Part shown: positions 54,422 through 63,153 of the stretch, piece by piece | How positions within the stretch are numbered: the stretch's first letter is position 1 | Layout of the letters: each line of letters begins with the position of its first letter | IMG/VR virus record: IMGVR_UViG_3300042881_003513 | Span: 1-63,153 of that record | Length of the DNA stretch: 63,153 bases | From: a virus | Lineage: Duplodnaviria; Caudoviricetes | Direction: 5' to 3' (one strand) | Program-made: the position numbers and the translations under genes | Notes under the pieces: model-generated | The model's database searches: none | What the model saw: only the letters and a program-made list of their open reading frames with translations | Told to the model about the DNA's origin: nothing

Positions 54422-55731
54422 CCACACCAAACAACACCCCGCTCCACATCGTCTCACTTGAGATCGAGAACGTAAAACGCCTGTCCGCCGTGCAGATCAC
54501 GCCGGACGGGTCCACCGTCGTCATCGGCGGCGACAATGCCCAAGGCAAAAGCTCCGTGCTCGACGCCATCACGCTCGCCCTCGAAGGTCTCGGCGGCGCC
54601 ACCGGAAAAAACACCACGCGGCCCGTCCACGGCGGCGCGGCGAAAGGCAGGGTGGTGCTCGACCTTGGCGAGATCATCGTCACGCGCACATTCACTCAGG
54701 CCGGAGGCGGCACGCTGACTGTCACCACGGCGGAGGGCGTGAAATTCTCCAGCCCGCAGGCGATGCTCGACACGATGCTCGGGAAGATCAGTTTCGACCC
54801 GCTCGCTTTCACTCGGCAGAAGCCGGCGGACCAGCTCACGACGCTGCGCGAGCTGTGCGGGATCTCCACGGCGCTGCTCGACTCAGCGCGCGCGGCGACG
54901 TTTGAGGAGCGCACGGGAGTCAATCGCGCGGTGAAGGACAAGGAGGCGCTGATCGCCGGGATGCCGCACCATGACGACGCACCCGCGGAGCCGGTGAGCG
55001 CGGCGGCAATCACCGAGGAATTGAAGGCGGCGAACGCAGCGAACGCAGGGCGCAGTGCTTTCATTGCGGCCGGCAAGGAAAAAGCGAGCGAGCACGTCGC
55101 GCAGACCGAGCGGATCGCGAAGCAGAAGGCGGAGATCGCCCGGATGGAGGCCGCGCTCAACGCGGAAAAAACGCGGCTCGCCGACATGGAACGGGGCGAA
55201 AAGCTGCTCGCAAGCGATCTGAGCGAGATGCGGATCAAGGCCGCGGAGATGCAGGAGACCGACACGGCGGCGCTGACCGCGAAGCTGGACCAGGTGGGCG
55301 CGCTGAATCAAAAGCTGCGCGAGAACCAGCAGGCAGAGGAGGCGAACGCGGCGTTGACCGCGCTGCGAGACAAGGCCGAGGCACTGACGGCGAAGCTGGC
55401 GGAAATTGACGCGAAGAAGCGGGCGAAGCTCGATGGCGCGACGTATCCAGTGCAGGGGCTGGCGCTCGGTGACGACGGGATCCTGTTCAACGGGCTTCCG
55501 TTCTCGCAGGCTTCGAGCGCGGAGCAACTGCGCGTGTCCGTGGGCATCGGGCTGGCGAGCAATCCCCGGCTGCGCGTGCTGCTTGTGCGCGATGGCAGTC
55601 TCCTCGACCCTGCCAGCCTCGCCATGATGCGCGAAATGGCGGAGAGCGCGGAGGCTCAGGTGTGGATCGAGCGCGTTTCAAAGGGCGACGAATGCACGGT
55701 GATCATCCAGGACGGGAGGATCGAGCCGTGA
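54418..55731 (+). CDS. SMC/SbcC-like ABC ATPase
   Basis: ENVKR, GDNAQGKSS, long coiled coil, ASSAEQ signature, VRDGSLLD. Confidence 0.85.
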   Translation: MTTPNNTPLHIVSLEIENVKRLSAVQITPDGSTVVIGGDNAQGKSSVLDAITLALEGLGGATGKNTTRPVHGGAAKGRVVLDLGEIIVTRTFTQAGGGTLTVTTAEGVKFSSPQAMLDTMLGKISFDPLAFTRQKPADQLTTLRELCGISTALLDSARAATFEERTGVNRAVKDKEALIAGMPHHDDAPAEPVSAAAITEELKAANAANAGRSAFIAAGKEKASEHVAQTERIAKQKAEIARMEAALNAEKTRLADMERGEKLLASDLSEMRIKAAEMQETDTAALTAKLDQVGALNQKLRENQQAEEANAALTALRDKAEALTAKLAEIDAKKRAKLDGATYPVQGLALGDDGILFNGLPFSQASSAEQLRVSVGIGLASNPRLRVLLVRDGSLLDPASLAMMREMAESAEAQVWIERVSKGDECTVIIQDGRIEP

Positions 55732-55970
55732 TCACCTTCAAAAACGCGACCGACAAGCACATCACCGCGGTAACCGGCACCGATTGGAGGGGCGGCTACA
55801 TCGTGCTCGACGCGCTGCCAAGCTGCTTTGCTGGCAGCGACAAGATCACGCTCGACGACGCGCGCGAGCTGGCGCGGATCATCCGGCGGCGTGGCTTCAC
55901 CGTGGAGGAGGATGCGGGCAAAGGCGTGGACTTCTCGATAGACTTCACCTTCTCGGAGGCGAAACCGTGA
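55728..55970 (+). CDS. Hypothetical protein
   Basis: GTGA-coupled. Confidence 0.55.
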   Translation: MITFKNATDKHITAVTGTDWRGGYIVLDALPSCFAGSDKITLDDARELARIIRRRGFTVEEDAGKGVDFSIDFTFSEAKP

Positions 55971-56221
55971 TCGCGCACCCGCGCACATCGGAATTGCTCG
56001 AGCGGATCCGCCGGCGGGATGGGCAGGTGGGCGTCGCACTCGGCAACGCACCCGAGGAGTGGGTGAAGCTGGCGCGCGAGTTGGAGGCCGAGCTGGACGA
56101 GGCGCGGCGCAGGCTGGCGATCTACGCTGCCGAGCGTGAGCATAACGCAATGAAGGCGCTGGAATACAAGGCCGAGCTGGATCATTACGTGAAGATGGGC
56201 CTGATCGTCCGGCGGGAGTGA
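55967..56221 (+). CDS. Hypothetical coiled-coil protein
   Basis: GTGA-coupled; last gene before the convergent terminator. Confidence 0.55.
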   Translation: MIAHPRTSELLERIRRRDGQVGVALGNAPEEWVKLARELEAELDEARRRLAIYAAEREHNAMKALEYKAELDHYVKMGLIVRRE

Positions 56222-56226
56222 TCACG

Positions 56227-56264
56227 AAAAAGCCCGCGCCCTCATGACGAGGAGCGCGGGCTTT
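56227..56264. terminator. Bidirectional terminator between convergent operons
   Basis: AAAAAGCCCGCGC...GCGCGGGCTTT. Confidence 0.75.
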
Positions 56265-56283
56265 GGACGGGCGCGGTTCAGTG

Positions 56284-56472
56284 CTACGGGCTGATCCGAT
56301 CGGCGAGCGCGCGGGCTTGTTCCGCGCGGATGCGGTCTATTTCCCGGCGGCGGCGGTTATTCTGGCGCACGAAGGCCCCGCGGCGTCCGAGTTCCCGGCG
56401 CGCTTCGGCGAAGGTGATGCCGCGCGCGGATGCCGTGGCGAGGGTGAGGGTGTTTAGGTCGTGGCTTTTCAT
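56284..56472 (-). CDS. Small basic early protein, paralog A
   Basis: Near-identical to 59300-59488. Confidence 0.75.
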   Translation of the reverse strand: MKSHDLNTLTLATASARGITFAEARRELGRRGAFVRQNNRRRREIDRIRAEQARALADRISP

Positions 56473-56711
56473 TTGGTGGCGAGGTGCAGGTCGCTGATTG
56501 CGTTCCTGACTTTGGCGAGGTCGGTGAGGATGCCGAGGAGCGCGTTATGCGCGAGGTATTCGGCGACGGTGCCATTTCCATCTATGGTGAGGGCGGCGCG
56601 GAGTATCGCGAGTTCTTCAGAGAGGGCTCTTACGGCGTGTCGCGACCTCTTGATTCGGAGGATCGCGTGTTCGGTGATCGCGGGTTTCAGTTTCGGTGCT
56701 GGCTTTTTCAT
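56469..56711 (-). CDS. Hypothetical early protein
   Basis: ATGA-coupled. Confidence 0.55.
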   Translation of the reverse strand: MKKPAPKLKPAITEHAILRIKRSRHAVRALSEELAILRAALTIDGNGTVAEYLAHNALLGILTDLAKVRNAISDLHLATK

Positions 56712-56854
56712 TTGGTGGTGGTGTTGGGTTCGGTTTGGGTGAGTGCTTCGAGAAATCCAAGGATCGTCTCGGTCGGAGAGATCCCCGGCTGTTGGAGCAT
56801 TTCCGCGAGCTGCGCGGCTTTCTGCCAGAGGTCGGTGTCGTGGGGCTTGTTCAT
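56708..56854 (-). CDS. Hypothetical early protein
   Basis: TCCGAACC leader; coupled. Confidence 0.5.
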   Translation of the reverse strand: MNKPHDTDLWQKAAQLAEMLQQPGISPTETILGFLEALTQTEPNTTTK

Positions 56855-56867
56855 GGTTCGGAGTGGG

Positions 56868-57665
56868 TTAGGCGATGAGCGCGCGAAACTCGCGCACGGT
56901 GACGGGCCGGGAATAGACGAAAAACTCCCCGTGCAGTTCGCGGTGCGCTTGATAGCGTGCTTCCCCGGTGCCTGCGTTGTGATCCATCGGCTCGCCGACG
57001 AGGAAAGCGCCGCGCTGTTGGATGCGCGGCGGGAGCACTTCCAGCATTTCCCAATGCCGATCCTTTGTGCATTCCTGCCACTCGCCCGGGGTGTTCTGTT
57101 TGGCGGCTTTTGCTGCAATCCATTCGTCCATGAAGACGATCTGCGCGCCGGGGTATCGGATCTGAACCTGTGCGAGATTTTCCCCGCTCCAATGGCCGAG
57201 GCGCGTGACCGGGTCGGCGGTGTCAATGATGCTGCTTTCCCCTGGGACCGCAAAAGCGATCTCGCGCTTCGTGGACTGGCATAGCGCGCCTTCCGTTTCG
57301 TGGACCGCTGCGCTTCCGTCGTTCACGACTTCCAGCGCGGTAAATGAGCAGCGCAGATTTTCGTTCACCCACGCGAGCAGGCCCGCGGCGGTGTAGTTGA
57401 AGGGCTTTCCCTCTAGCCTTTTCCATTCAGATGACTCGTTACAGTCGGCGGCGTAGCAGTGCAAGACGTAGCCTGTGAAATCGAACGGGCGCGCGGTGTA
57501 TTTCGTCCGCTCGCAGCCGTGTATCTCAAGGTAGATCATCACGCCGTCGTCATTCGCAAGGCGCGTGCGGATCCTGCAATTTCCAACGTCTGAGGATGGT
57601 GCTTTTTCCCAGCCTGCGCCCTCAAAGATGAGTGCGGATGTTTCGTTTTTTGTCGCGGTTTTCAT
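56868..57665 (-). CDS. Early protein with C-terminal DUF1419-like domain
   Basis: WEMLEVLPP...FLVGEP motif. Confidence 0.6.
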   Translation of the reverse strand: MKTATKNETSALIFEGAGWEKAPSSDVGNCRIRTRLANDDGVMIYLEIHGCERTKYTARPFDFTGYVLHCYAADCNESSEWKRLEGKPFNYTAAGLLAWVNENLRCSFTALEVVNDGSAAVHETEGALCQSTKREIAFAVPGESSIIDTADPVTRLGHWSGENLAQVQIRYPGAQIVFMDEWIAAKAAKQNTPGEWQECTKDRHWEMLEVLPPRIQQRGAFLVGEPMDHNAGTGEARYQAHRELHGEFFVYSRPVTVREFRALIA

Positions 57666-57692
57666 GGGTCGGTTTTGTGTGTGGTTTGTGAT

Positions 57693-57743
57693 GGACTCGT
57701 CAGCGCGGGGCATTACCCGCGGACGCCTTTCGGCGTTTCGTCC
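57693..57743 (-). ncRNA. Type II hammerhead ribozyme
   Basis: GGAC-GAAA-CGCC-gaaa-GGCG-UC^-CGCGGG-uaaugc-CCCGCG-CUGACGA-GUCC: full core and three perfect stems. Confidence 0.93.
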
Positions 57744-57744
57744 T

Positions 57745-58509
57745 TTAGGAGAGGCGGAGCGATGAGCCGAGGGCACCGCGGGCACCGATGCTGATCTGTC
57801 CGCCGGCGATGCGACCCTGCGCGCGGGCGTTGCTATCAAAGCGCGAGCCGGAGCGCGAGCGCGAGCGGAGGCGGAGAACCTTCTTCCCGTAGTCCTCGAC
57901 CTCCTGCGTCTGCTTTTCAATCGTCGCGAGGCTCTTTTCGACGAGCGCAAGCGCCAGCGTGTTTCCGGCGGCGGTGCTGGCCGCGGCTGCTTCGACCTTC
58001 ACCGATGCGACCGTTTCGCGGGCCGCTGCGGAGAGGCGGGCGGTCACGGTTTCCACGGCACCGAGACGGAAGTTGTTCCAGTAGGTTCGACCGCAGCCCG
58101 CGCATCCTTTCGCGGCGAGGCGATCAATCTCCTTCGTGAGCCATGCGTAGAGGTAGCGCACGGCGTTCATGTCGCTCGGGCGACCGATCAGGCAGTAACC
58201 GTCAGGCCCCGCGTAGAGTTTGCATTGGTTCAACTTGGCGATCACCATTCCGAGTTGGCCCTTCCAGCGGGCGGAGCCGTCGCGATCGAGCGGATCTTGC
58301 GGGCAGTGGATCACGTTCTCGGCGGGCTCGCTTCCGTCCAGCGCGATGTCGGCGCCGCTCAACTTAAAGCGGTCCATGATGTCTTGAGCCTTGGCAGCGG
58401 CGAGCGCGGCCTCGTGCGGATTGGCGGACTGGGCGAGGCGGAGCAACTTCGCCGCTTTCGCGAGTGCTTCGTTGTGGGTCATAGGGGCGGATGATTCAGT
58501 AGTGGTCAT
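57745..58509 (-). CDS. DUF2786-domain protein
   Basis: KLLRLAQSANPHEAALAAAKAQDIM; NNFRLGAV; AQGRIAG. Confidence 0.8.
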   Translation of the reverse strand: MTTTESSAPMTHNEALAKAAKLLRLAQSANPHEAALAAAKAQDIMDRFKLSGADIALDGSEPAENVIHCPQDPLDRDGSARWKGQLGMVIAKLNQCKLYAGPDGYCLIGRPSDMNAVRYLYAWLTKEIDRLAAKGCAGCGRTYWNNFRLGAVETVTARLSAAARETVASVKVEAAAASTAAGNTLALALVEKSLATIEKQTQEVEDYGKKVLRLRSRSRSGSRFDSNARAQGRIAGGQISIGARGALGSSLRLS

Positions 58510-58593
58510 GTTTTTGGTTTGTGTGTGGTTTCGGTTCGGCGGACTGCCTCCCCGCTTGCGCGCCCCACCGAGGCGAGGCGCGCAGCGGAGAGG

Positions 58594-58872
58594 CTAGCGG
58601 CAGAGTTCCGCGATCTGCGCGCGGCAGTCGGCGATTGCGCGATGGAGATTCGGGCGGTGCAGCGATTCCCCGCCGGTTGCGCGGGGCATCATCATATCCA
58701 GATATTCCCGGCCCTTTGACGATTCGAGGATCGAGAGAGTTTCGCTCAGTTGCTTCGCGCGGAGAGCGCGCGCTTCCGGCCCAGTGATCCACTTTTGTGC
58801 GGCGTAGTCGTAGGCGCTGCACTCGACCGGATCGAGCGGGCGAGGAATGCGGGCTTGCGTGGCGGCGCTCAC
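58594..58872 (-). CDS. Hypothetical early protein
   Basis: GTGA-coupled. Confidence 0.5.
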   Translation of the reverse strand: MSAATQARIPRPLDPVECSAYDYAAQKWITGPEARALRAKQLSETLSILESSKGREYLDMMMPRATGGESLHRPNLHRAIADCRAQIAELCR

Positions 58873-59264
58873 TTGGCACCTCCTGTCGCGATGGCGATGG
58901 CGGCGCGGGCGTTGATCGCCGCGTCGTCCAGTTCGATCAGTGCTGCGGTGGTGATGGCGCGGCAATGGGAATCAACGGCGTTCGCCAGTCGCTCCAACGC
59001 GGAGAGCAGGCAAGGACTCGCGGCGATGAGGCGGGCGTTGGCCGGCTCGCCGTCGCGCATTTCACAAATTAGCGATCCGGTTTCGCAGCGCCAGTCTTCC
59101 GGTGTCGCTCCAAATTCAATCTGTGTCTCAGCGGTGGCGATCCATCGCTGATCGTGGAGCGGATGCCTTCCGCCATGTACCGGACAGGGCATGACTTTCC
59201 ACGGTCCGGGCGTGTGCGCCGTCTGCGTGTCAACGGGGGCGTTGGTGGTGGTGATGTTTTTCAT
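58869..59264 (-). CDS. Phage HTPGPW...ANARLIAAAP-type protein
   Basis: HTPGPW, ANARLIAASP.LL.AL, ARAAIA.ATG. Confidence 0.8.
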   Translation of the reverse strand: MKNITTTNAPVDTQTAHTPGPWKVMPCPVHGGRHPLHDQRWIATAETQIEFGATPEDWRCETGSLICEMRDGEPANARLIAASPCLLSALERLANAVDSHCRAITTAALIELDDAAINARAAIAIATGGAK

Positions 59265-59299
59265 GGTTTTGTCGGGTTTTGTTGGGTTGCTGTGTCGTG

Positions 59300-59488
59300 C
59301 TAGGGGCTGATCCTGTCCGCCGTTGCGCGGGCTTGCTCGGCGCGGATTCTGTCAATCTCCCGGCGGCGGCGGTTATTCTGGCGCACGAATGCGCCTCGGC
59401 GTGACAGTTCGCGGCGGGCTTCGGCAAACGTGATGTTGCTGGCGTTCGCGATGGATAGTGTAAGGGAGTTCAGATCGTGGGATTTCAT
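59300..59488 (-). CDS. Small basic early protein, paralog B
   Basis: Near-identical to 56284-56472. Confidence 0.75.
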   Translation of the reverse strand: MKSHDLNSLTLSIANASNITFAEARRELSRRGAFVRQNNRRRREIDRIRAEQARATADRISP

Positions 59489-59579
59489 GGTTTTGTCGGG
59501 TTGTTGGTTCAGCGGTGCCGGGAATGGCCCCGCACGTCCGCCCCCTGCGCGCGGCAAGGGGCGGGTTGTGCGGGGTCTT

Positions 59580-59774
59580 TTAGAGCGTGGCGCGTTCTGC
59601 TACGCGGTCGGTGATTTCGCAATTTGAGCGCGCGGCCTCGATGAAGTCGCACCACGTCACTCGGACATCGGTGGGATAGTCGTTCTGCGTTTTGCGCGAG
59701 CGTTTGAGTGACACGAATTGAGGGAACGCCCGCCAGAAGGCAGCGCGGAGTTGTGTGAGGTTCATGGTTTTCAT
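59580..59774 (-). CDS. Hypothetical early protein
   Basis: QLRAAFW...QNDYPTDVRVTWCDF. Confidence 0.65.
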   Translation of the reverse strand: MKTMNLTQLRAAFWRAFPQFVSLKRSRKTQNDYPTDVRVTWCDFIEAARSNCEITDRVAERATL

Positions 59775-59792
59775 GGGTTGGAGTGGTGAAGG

Positions 59793-60143
59793 TTAACCGA
59801 CGGTCAACTCTGCTTTGATTCGGCGCAGAGCAGTCGCGATGTGAGAATCGTTAAGGCCAGCGTTGTAAAGATGGCAGTAGTCGCGTCCGGTGAATGGCAG
59901 CACGCGCTTCCATGCGCCGCCCGCAAAGCCTGGGTGTGCGTCGTCATAGGCGCGATTGCGATCAACGACCGTGTGCAGGCCGTGCATCGTGAGCAGGCCA
60001 GTCTTTCCGCCATCCGCAGCGGCGATATTGACGCCAAGCGCCTTCGCGGCAGTGGCGATGTCGGTTTTCAGTTGCGCGAAGTCGGCGGGTGTAATTTTCA
60101 TCGTGTGGAGCGGTTTCTCGATGTGTGGTGTGATGTTTTTCAT
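59793..60143 (-). CDS. Hypothetical early protein
   Basis: MKITPADF..LK and LY..GLNDSHIATALR patterns. Confidence 0.65.
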   Translation of the reverse strand: MKNITPHIEKPLHTMKITPADFAQLKTDIATAAKALGVNIAAADGGKTGLLTMHGLHTVVDRNRAYDDAHPGFAGGAWKRVLPFTGRDYCHLYNAGLNDSHIATALRRIKAELTVG

Positions 60144-60165
60144 GGATTGGGTTTGGTTGAGAGGG

Positions 60166-60330
60166 TTAGCGGGCGCCGCACTTGCAGCAGTGGGATTCAC
60201 CGCGGAGAACGGTGTGCAGGCCGTGAGTGGCCGCGACGCATTCGCCGACGGACTGAGCGAGGGCGACCGATGCGCTGCGATCGATGCGGCTGATCAGGAT
60301 GGTCGGGCGGGGCTTTTGCGTGGTGTTCAT
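60166..60330 (-). CDS. Small Cys/His protein, first leftward gene
   Basis: ATG 7 nt after TTGCGC-N16-CATACT. Confidence 0.5.
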   Translation of the reverse strand: MNTTQKPRPTILISRIDRSASVALAQSVGECVAATHGLHTVLRGESHCCKCGAR

Positions 60331-60337
60331 GGATGGG

Positions 60338-60459
60338 AGTATGCAACAAAGTGAAAACCGCGCAAGGATTATTTTCGCAAAGTGCAATTTTACCTATGAA
60401 AAAAAGATTCACGAAAAACGAAACGAGCACTTGCCAGCGTTGCGAATTTGTGAAATCGT
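60338..60459. promoter_or_regulatory. AT-rich divergent promoter region
   Basis: Leftward TTGCGC-N16-CATACT; rightward TTGCCA-N17-AATCGT. Confidence 0.6.
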
Positions 60460-60464
60460 GCGGA

Positions 60465-60755
60465 ATGAATAAACCCGAAAAACCGCCGTCCTTCGCCGAT
60501 GAACTCAAGACCGAACGCCTCCGTGCTGGCCTCACGCAGACCGATTGCGCCAGGCTCCTCGATGTGAGCCTGCACACGATTTGCAAGTGGGAGAAGGGAG
60601 CGAGCGCGCTGTCGCTCACGCAAGAAGCGGCACTCGGCAGACTGCGCGCAGCGAAGCCCGCGGTGCCCTCGCTCCAGCAGCAGTTGAGCGCGATGCCGCG
60701 GGCGAAGCTGGAGCGGCTCGCGGCCTCGTTGGTGAAGGGCGGAAATAAAAAGTGA
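60465..60755 (+). CDS. XRE/Cro-CI HTH regulator
   Basis: LKTERLRAGLTQTDCARLLDVSLHTICKWEKG. Confidence 0.88.
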   Translation: MNKPEKPPSFADELKTERLRAGLTQTDCARLLDVSLHTICKWEKGASALSLTQEAALGRLRAAKPAVPSLQQQLSAMPRAKLERLAASLVKGGNKK

Positions 60756-60798
60756 AAATCGTTCTTGCGATCGTTTCCATATTGTGAAATCGTGCGGC

Positions 60799-61263
60799 AT
60801 GAACAAGACCACAAACCAAGCATCCACCCTCGTAAAACTCACCGATGAACTGCGCGCGCTCGGCGTTGATACGGCATTCGAGGACATCACCGGAGCCGTG
60901 AGCTTCGACGCGAAAGACGGGCGTCATTTCGTCGTCGGAAACGTCAACAGCATCGTCGGCGCCGACATCTACGCCAGCCGCGCCAGCTTCGAGCGCGGGG
61001 ACCTTCCTCAAGGCGATTGGGAAACCGCCAGCGAGGATCCCGCCAGCATCGCGAAGGAATTGCACGCGCTCGCCTTTCCGCTCACCAAGGCGCAGCTTCG
61101 GAAGGAAATCACCAAAGTGAAGTTCGCGATTCGCTACGCCGAGATTCACCACGGTTACAACAGCCCGCAGCGCGCCGAGGTGATCAAGCGACACACGGCC
61201 CTGCAAGTGGCTCTCGGCGCGATCGAGCTCCGTGAACTCGGAATTGAACCCGTGAAATCGTAG
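60799..61263 (+). CDS. Hypothetical protein
   Basis: Same promoter/ATG context as the HTH gene. Confidence 0.65.
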   Translation: MNKTTNQASTLVKLTDELRALGVDTAFEDITGAVSFDAKDGRHFVVGNVNSIVGADIYASRASFERGDLPQGDWETASEDPASIAKELHALAFPLTKAQLRKEITKVKFAIRYAEIHHGYNSPQRAEVIKRHTALQVALGAIELRELGIEPVKS

Positions 61264-61311
61264 TGCGGACACAACTCAACGCCGAGCGCAAAAAAAAGAA
61301 GGAAACAGCCA

Positions 61312-61914
61312 ATGAGCCGACACGCTGACACATTCTTTCGGCGGGAGCCGATCTACCGCGCGATGGCAGACATGCCGGCACTCACCCACTGGCGCGACCG
61401 CGGGCGACCGTGGACGCCGGAGCAGTCGGACGTGCTCCCTTGGATCGTCGCCCTTGGCGTGACGCTGGCCGACGCACAGAGGATTCTCCCGGCGGCTCGA
61501 GTCAAGGGCGTGGTGGAGTTTCTCCCGGCGCGCAACCTCTGGCGCGGCACTGAGGACACGCGACGGCTGGAGGACGTGGCCGATCTCCTGACGCGGAGGA
61601 AGCGCGCGAAGCGCACTCCCAAGCAGCGAGCGGCGAAGCCCGCGCAGCGCAGCACGGCACCGGCTCCCGGCCCGCGAGTCCGATGCAACGACCGCATGGC
61701 CGCGGCGCTCGTCGTGTTCGAGCGATGGAGGAAGGCGAGCAAGGTGCCAGCGTGGACCTTCGCGGACCTCGTTCGCTCGTTCGTGATCCACTCGGGCGAC
61801 GGGAAAGCCGATACCATGCGACGCTACATCCGAGCCCTGCACGCGGCCGGATGGCTCGTCAAGGATGCGGATGGAATGCTCTCAGCCTCATCACCGACGA
61901 CGCCGGCACCGTAG
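61312..61914 (+). CDS. Hypothetical basic protein, possible C-terminal wHTH
   Basis: TMRRYIRALHAAGWLVK; terminator follows. Confidence 0.55.
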   Translation: MSRHADTFFRREPIYRAMADMPALTHWRDRGRPWTPEQSDVLPWIVALGVTLADAQRILPAARVKGVVEFLPARNLWRGTEDTRRLEDVADLLTRRKRAKRTPKQRAAKPAQRSTAPAPGPRVRCNDRMAAALVVFERWRKASKVPAWTFADLVRSFVIHSGDGKADTMRRYIRALHAAGWLVKDADGMLSASSPTTPAP

Positions 61915-61930
61915 CCAGCCACTCCAAGCA

Positions 61931-61965
61931 AGCCCGGCCTGCACTCCAGCTCGCCGGGCTTTTTG
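61931..61965 (+). terminator. Intrinsic terminator
   Basis: AGCCCGGC...GCCGGGCT-TTTT. Confidence 0.7.
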
Positions 61966-61998
61966 CTGCCTGTTTTTAATGGTTAAGGTATGTAAGAA

Positions 61999-62202
61999 GG
62001 GACGATTCGGGATGAATTTAGGGACGAATTACAAACCGTCCCGCGGGGGGCTCACACGACGGGATAGTTCTAGGGATGTTTTGTTGTGTGGACACACTAG
62101 TGGTCCACAACAACCATCCCTAGACACATCCCGGCAGTGAGCGGCGACTTTTCGGGGGGCTCGGAAAACTCAAAAACAAAACCGTCCCGAAATCCGTCCC
62201 GC
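61999..62202. repeat. Cluster of GGGAYG repeats and a long imperfect palindrome (origin-like)
   Basis: GGGAYG/CRTCCC about nine times; palindrome 62069-62124 centred on CACTAGTG. Confidence 0.55.
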
Positions 62203-62976
62203 CGATTTGAGGCGGAAATCAGACGCTCAAAACCTGCACGCCGGAAAGCAGGGGCTGGGACAAGCCGGGGATCGGATTCCACCAGACCGCGCACGCCTTC
62301 GCGAGCTTTGCCGCCGCCTTGCCAGCGCGGGGATTCCACCAAGGGCAGGACAGCGGACGACTCAACAGAAGGGCACCACGGGGCGTACAGCGCGTCGGAT
62401 TTTTGGCGAAATGGGCGAAATCGGGCGTTTCGGGGCTTTTTGCGGGTTCGGGCCGGTTTCATGGACTTCGGGCCAAGACGAGGACGGGGTGCCAATATCA
62501 CACCTCGACCCCCGAGCTGCGATACAGCACGGAAGATTCACGCACCTTTATTACGGAAGAAGCGTAAAAAGGTCAACAAACGACAGACAGACCGTGATCG
62601 GGAAATCGGAAACTCCACACGGAGGCCAACCCTGCGCGCGTGGCCGAACGTGCATGGCCGGCGAACATCGGGTCGGCGGAAGGCCAGGTGCCGGAGCGTG
62701 GTCACGGGCGGTCACACCGGAAGCCGGAAGCTTGACTGCGGCATCGCCGCTCGTCCACGATGCCGGCCGAACCGGATACGGTGATCGAGCGAATCGCGAC
62801 CGAAATCCTGTAATTACCATAACGAAAAGACCGCCGGAAGTTATGGAAATTAGAGCGAATGCCGTAAGTGTCTCGGAATCAGCAACTTAGCAAAAGTGAT
62901 AACATCCCACAATAGACAAAAAATCAAATTGAAACCGAAAAGCGAAAACCACCGACCGACGACCGCGGCCTCGACC

Positions 62977-63153
62977 GCCGAGCTGCACACCGTCCGCCTG
63001 CCTCGGTTCCCGATTCGACCTCGGCATCCACTCAGCATGTTCACGATTGCGTCGGCGACCACGGCCCACGGTGCCAGCCGGGGCGGATGGGCAGACGCTC
63101 CAGTCCGCCCGCTCCCGCCCACGGGCGATCTCGGGTTCACTTAACTGCCCCTC
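62977..63153. repeat. Direct terminal repeat, right copy
   Basis: Matches 1-177 with one mismatch. Confidence 0.95.

Noticed and set aside
62137-62890. ORFs of 215 and 227 aa in the terminal region
   Set aside because: Arg/Ser/Gly-rich, no codon bias, weak starts; likely non-coding

Overview
The window is an apparently complete, GC-rich ~63 kb tailed-phage genome with a 177-bp direct terminal repeat. It looks podovirus-like: no tape measure or tail tube gene is recognisable, and it encodes giant ejection-type proteins. Gene order: packaging (TerS-like; TerL carrying an N-terminal dual-specificity phosphatase domain), a helicase moron, internal virion proteins including a 4632-aa DarB-like MTase/SNF2 polyvalent protein, a tRNA-like RNA plus tRNA-Met, portal, fibres, lysis genes, scaffold, major capsid protein, tail, recombination/replication genes, leftward early genes (with a hammerhead ribozyme), a divergent HTH repressor region and a non-coding origin-like region. 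The standout feature is a phage-borne integron at 44859-49617. It has eight attC-type sites, an attI-like site and a 26-codon remnant of an IntI N-terminus. The cassette ORFs are inverted relative to the attC sites, usually start inside their own attC, and read in one conserved frame across the crossover point to take their stop codon from the next att site. The cores are GTT, GAT and GGT with compensatory partners. All calls come from reading motifs by eye; no database search or folding program was run. A PVC-group host (e.g. Verrucomicrobiota) is only an inference from the SD-less A/C-rich leaders.
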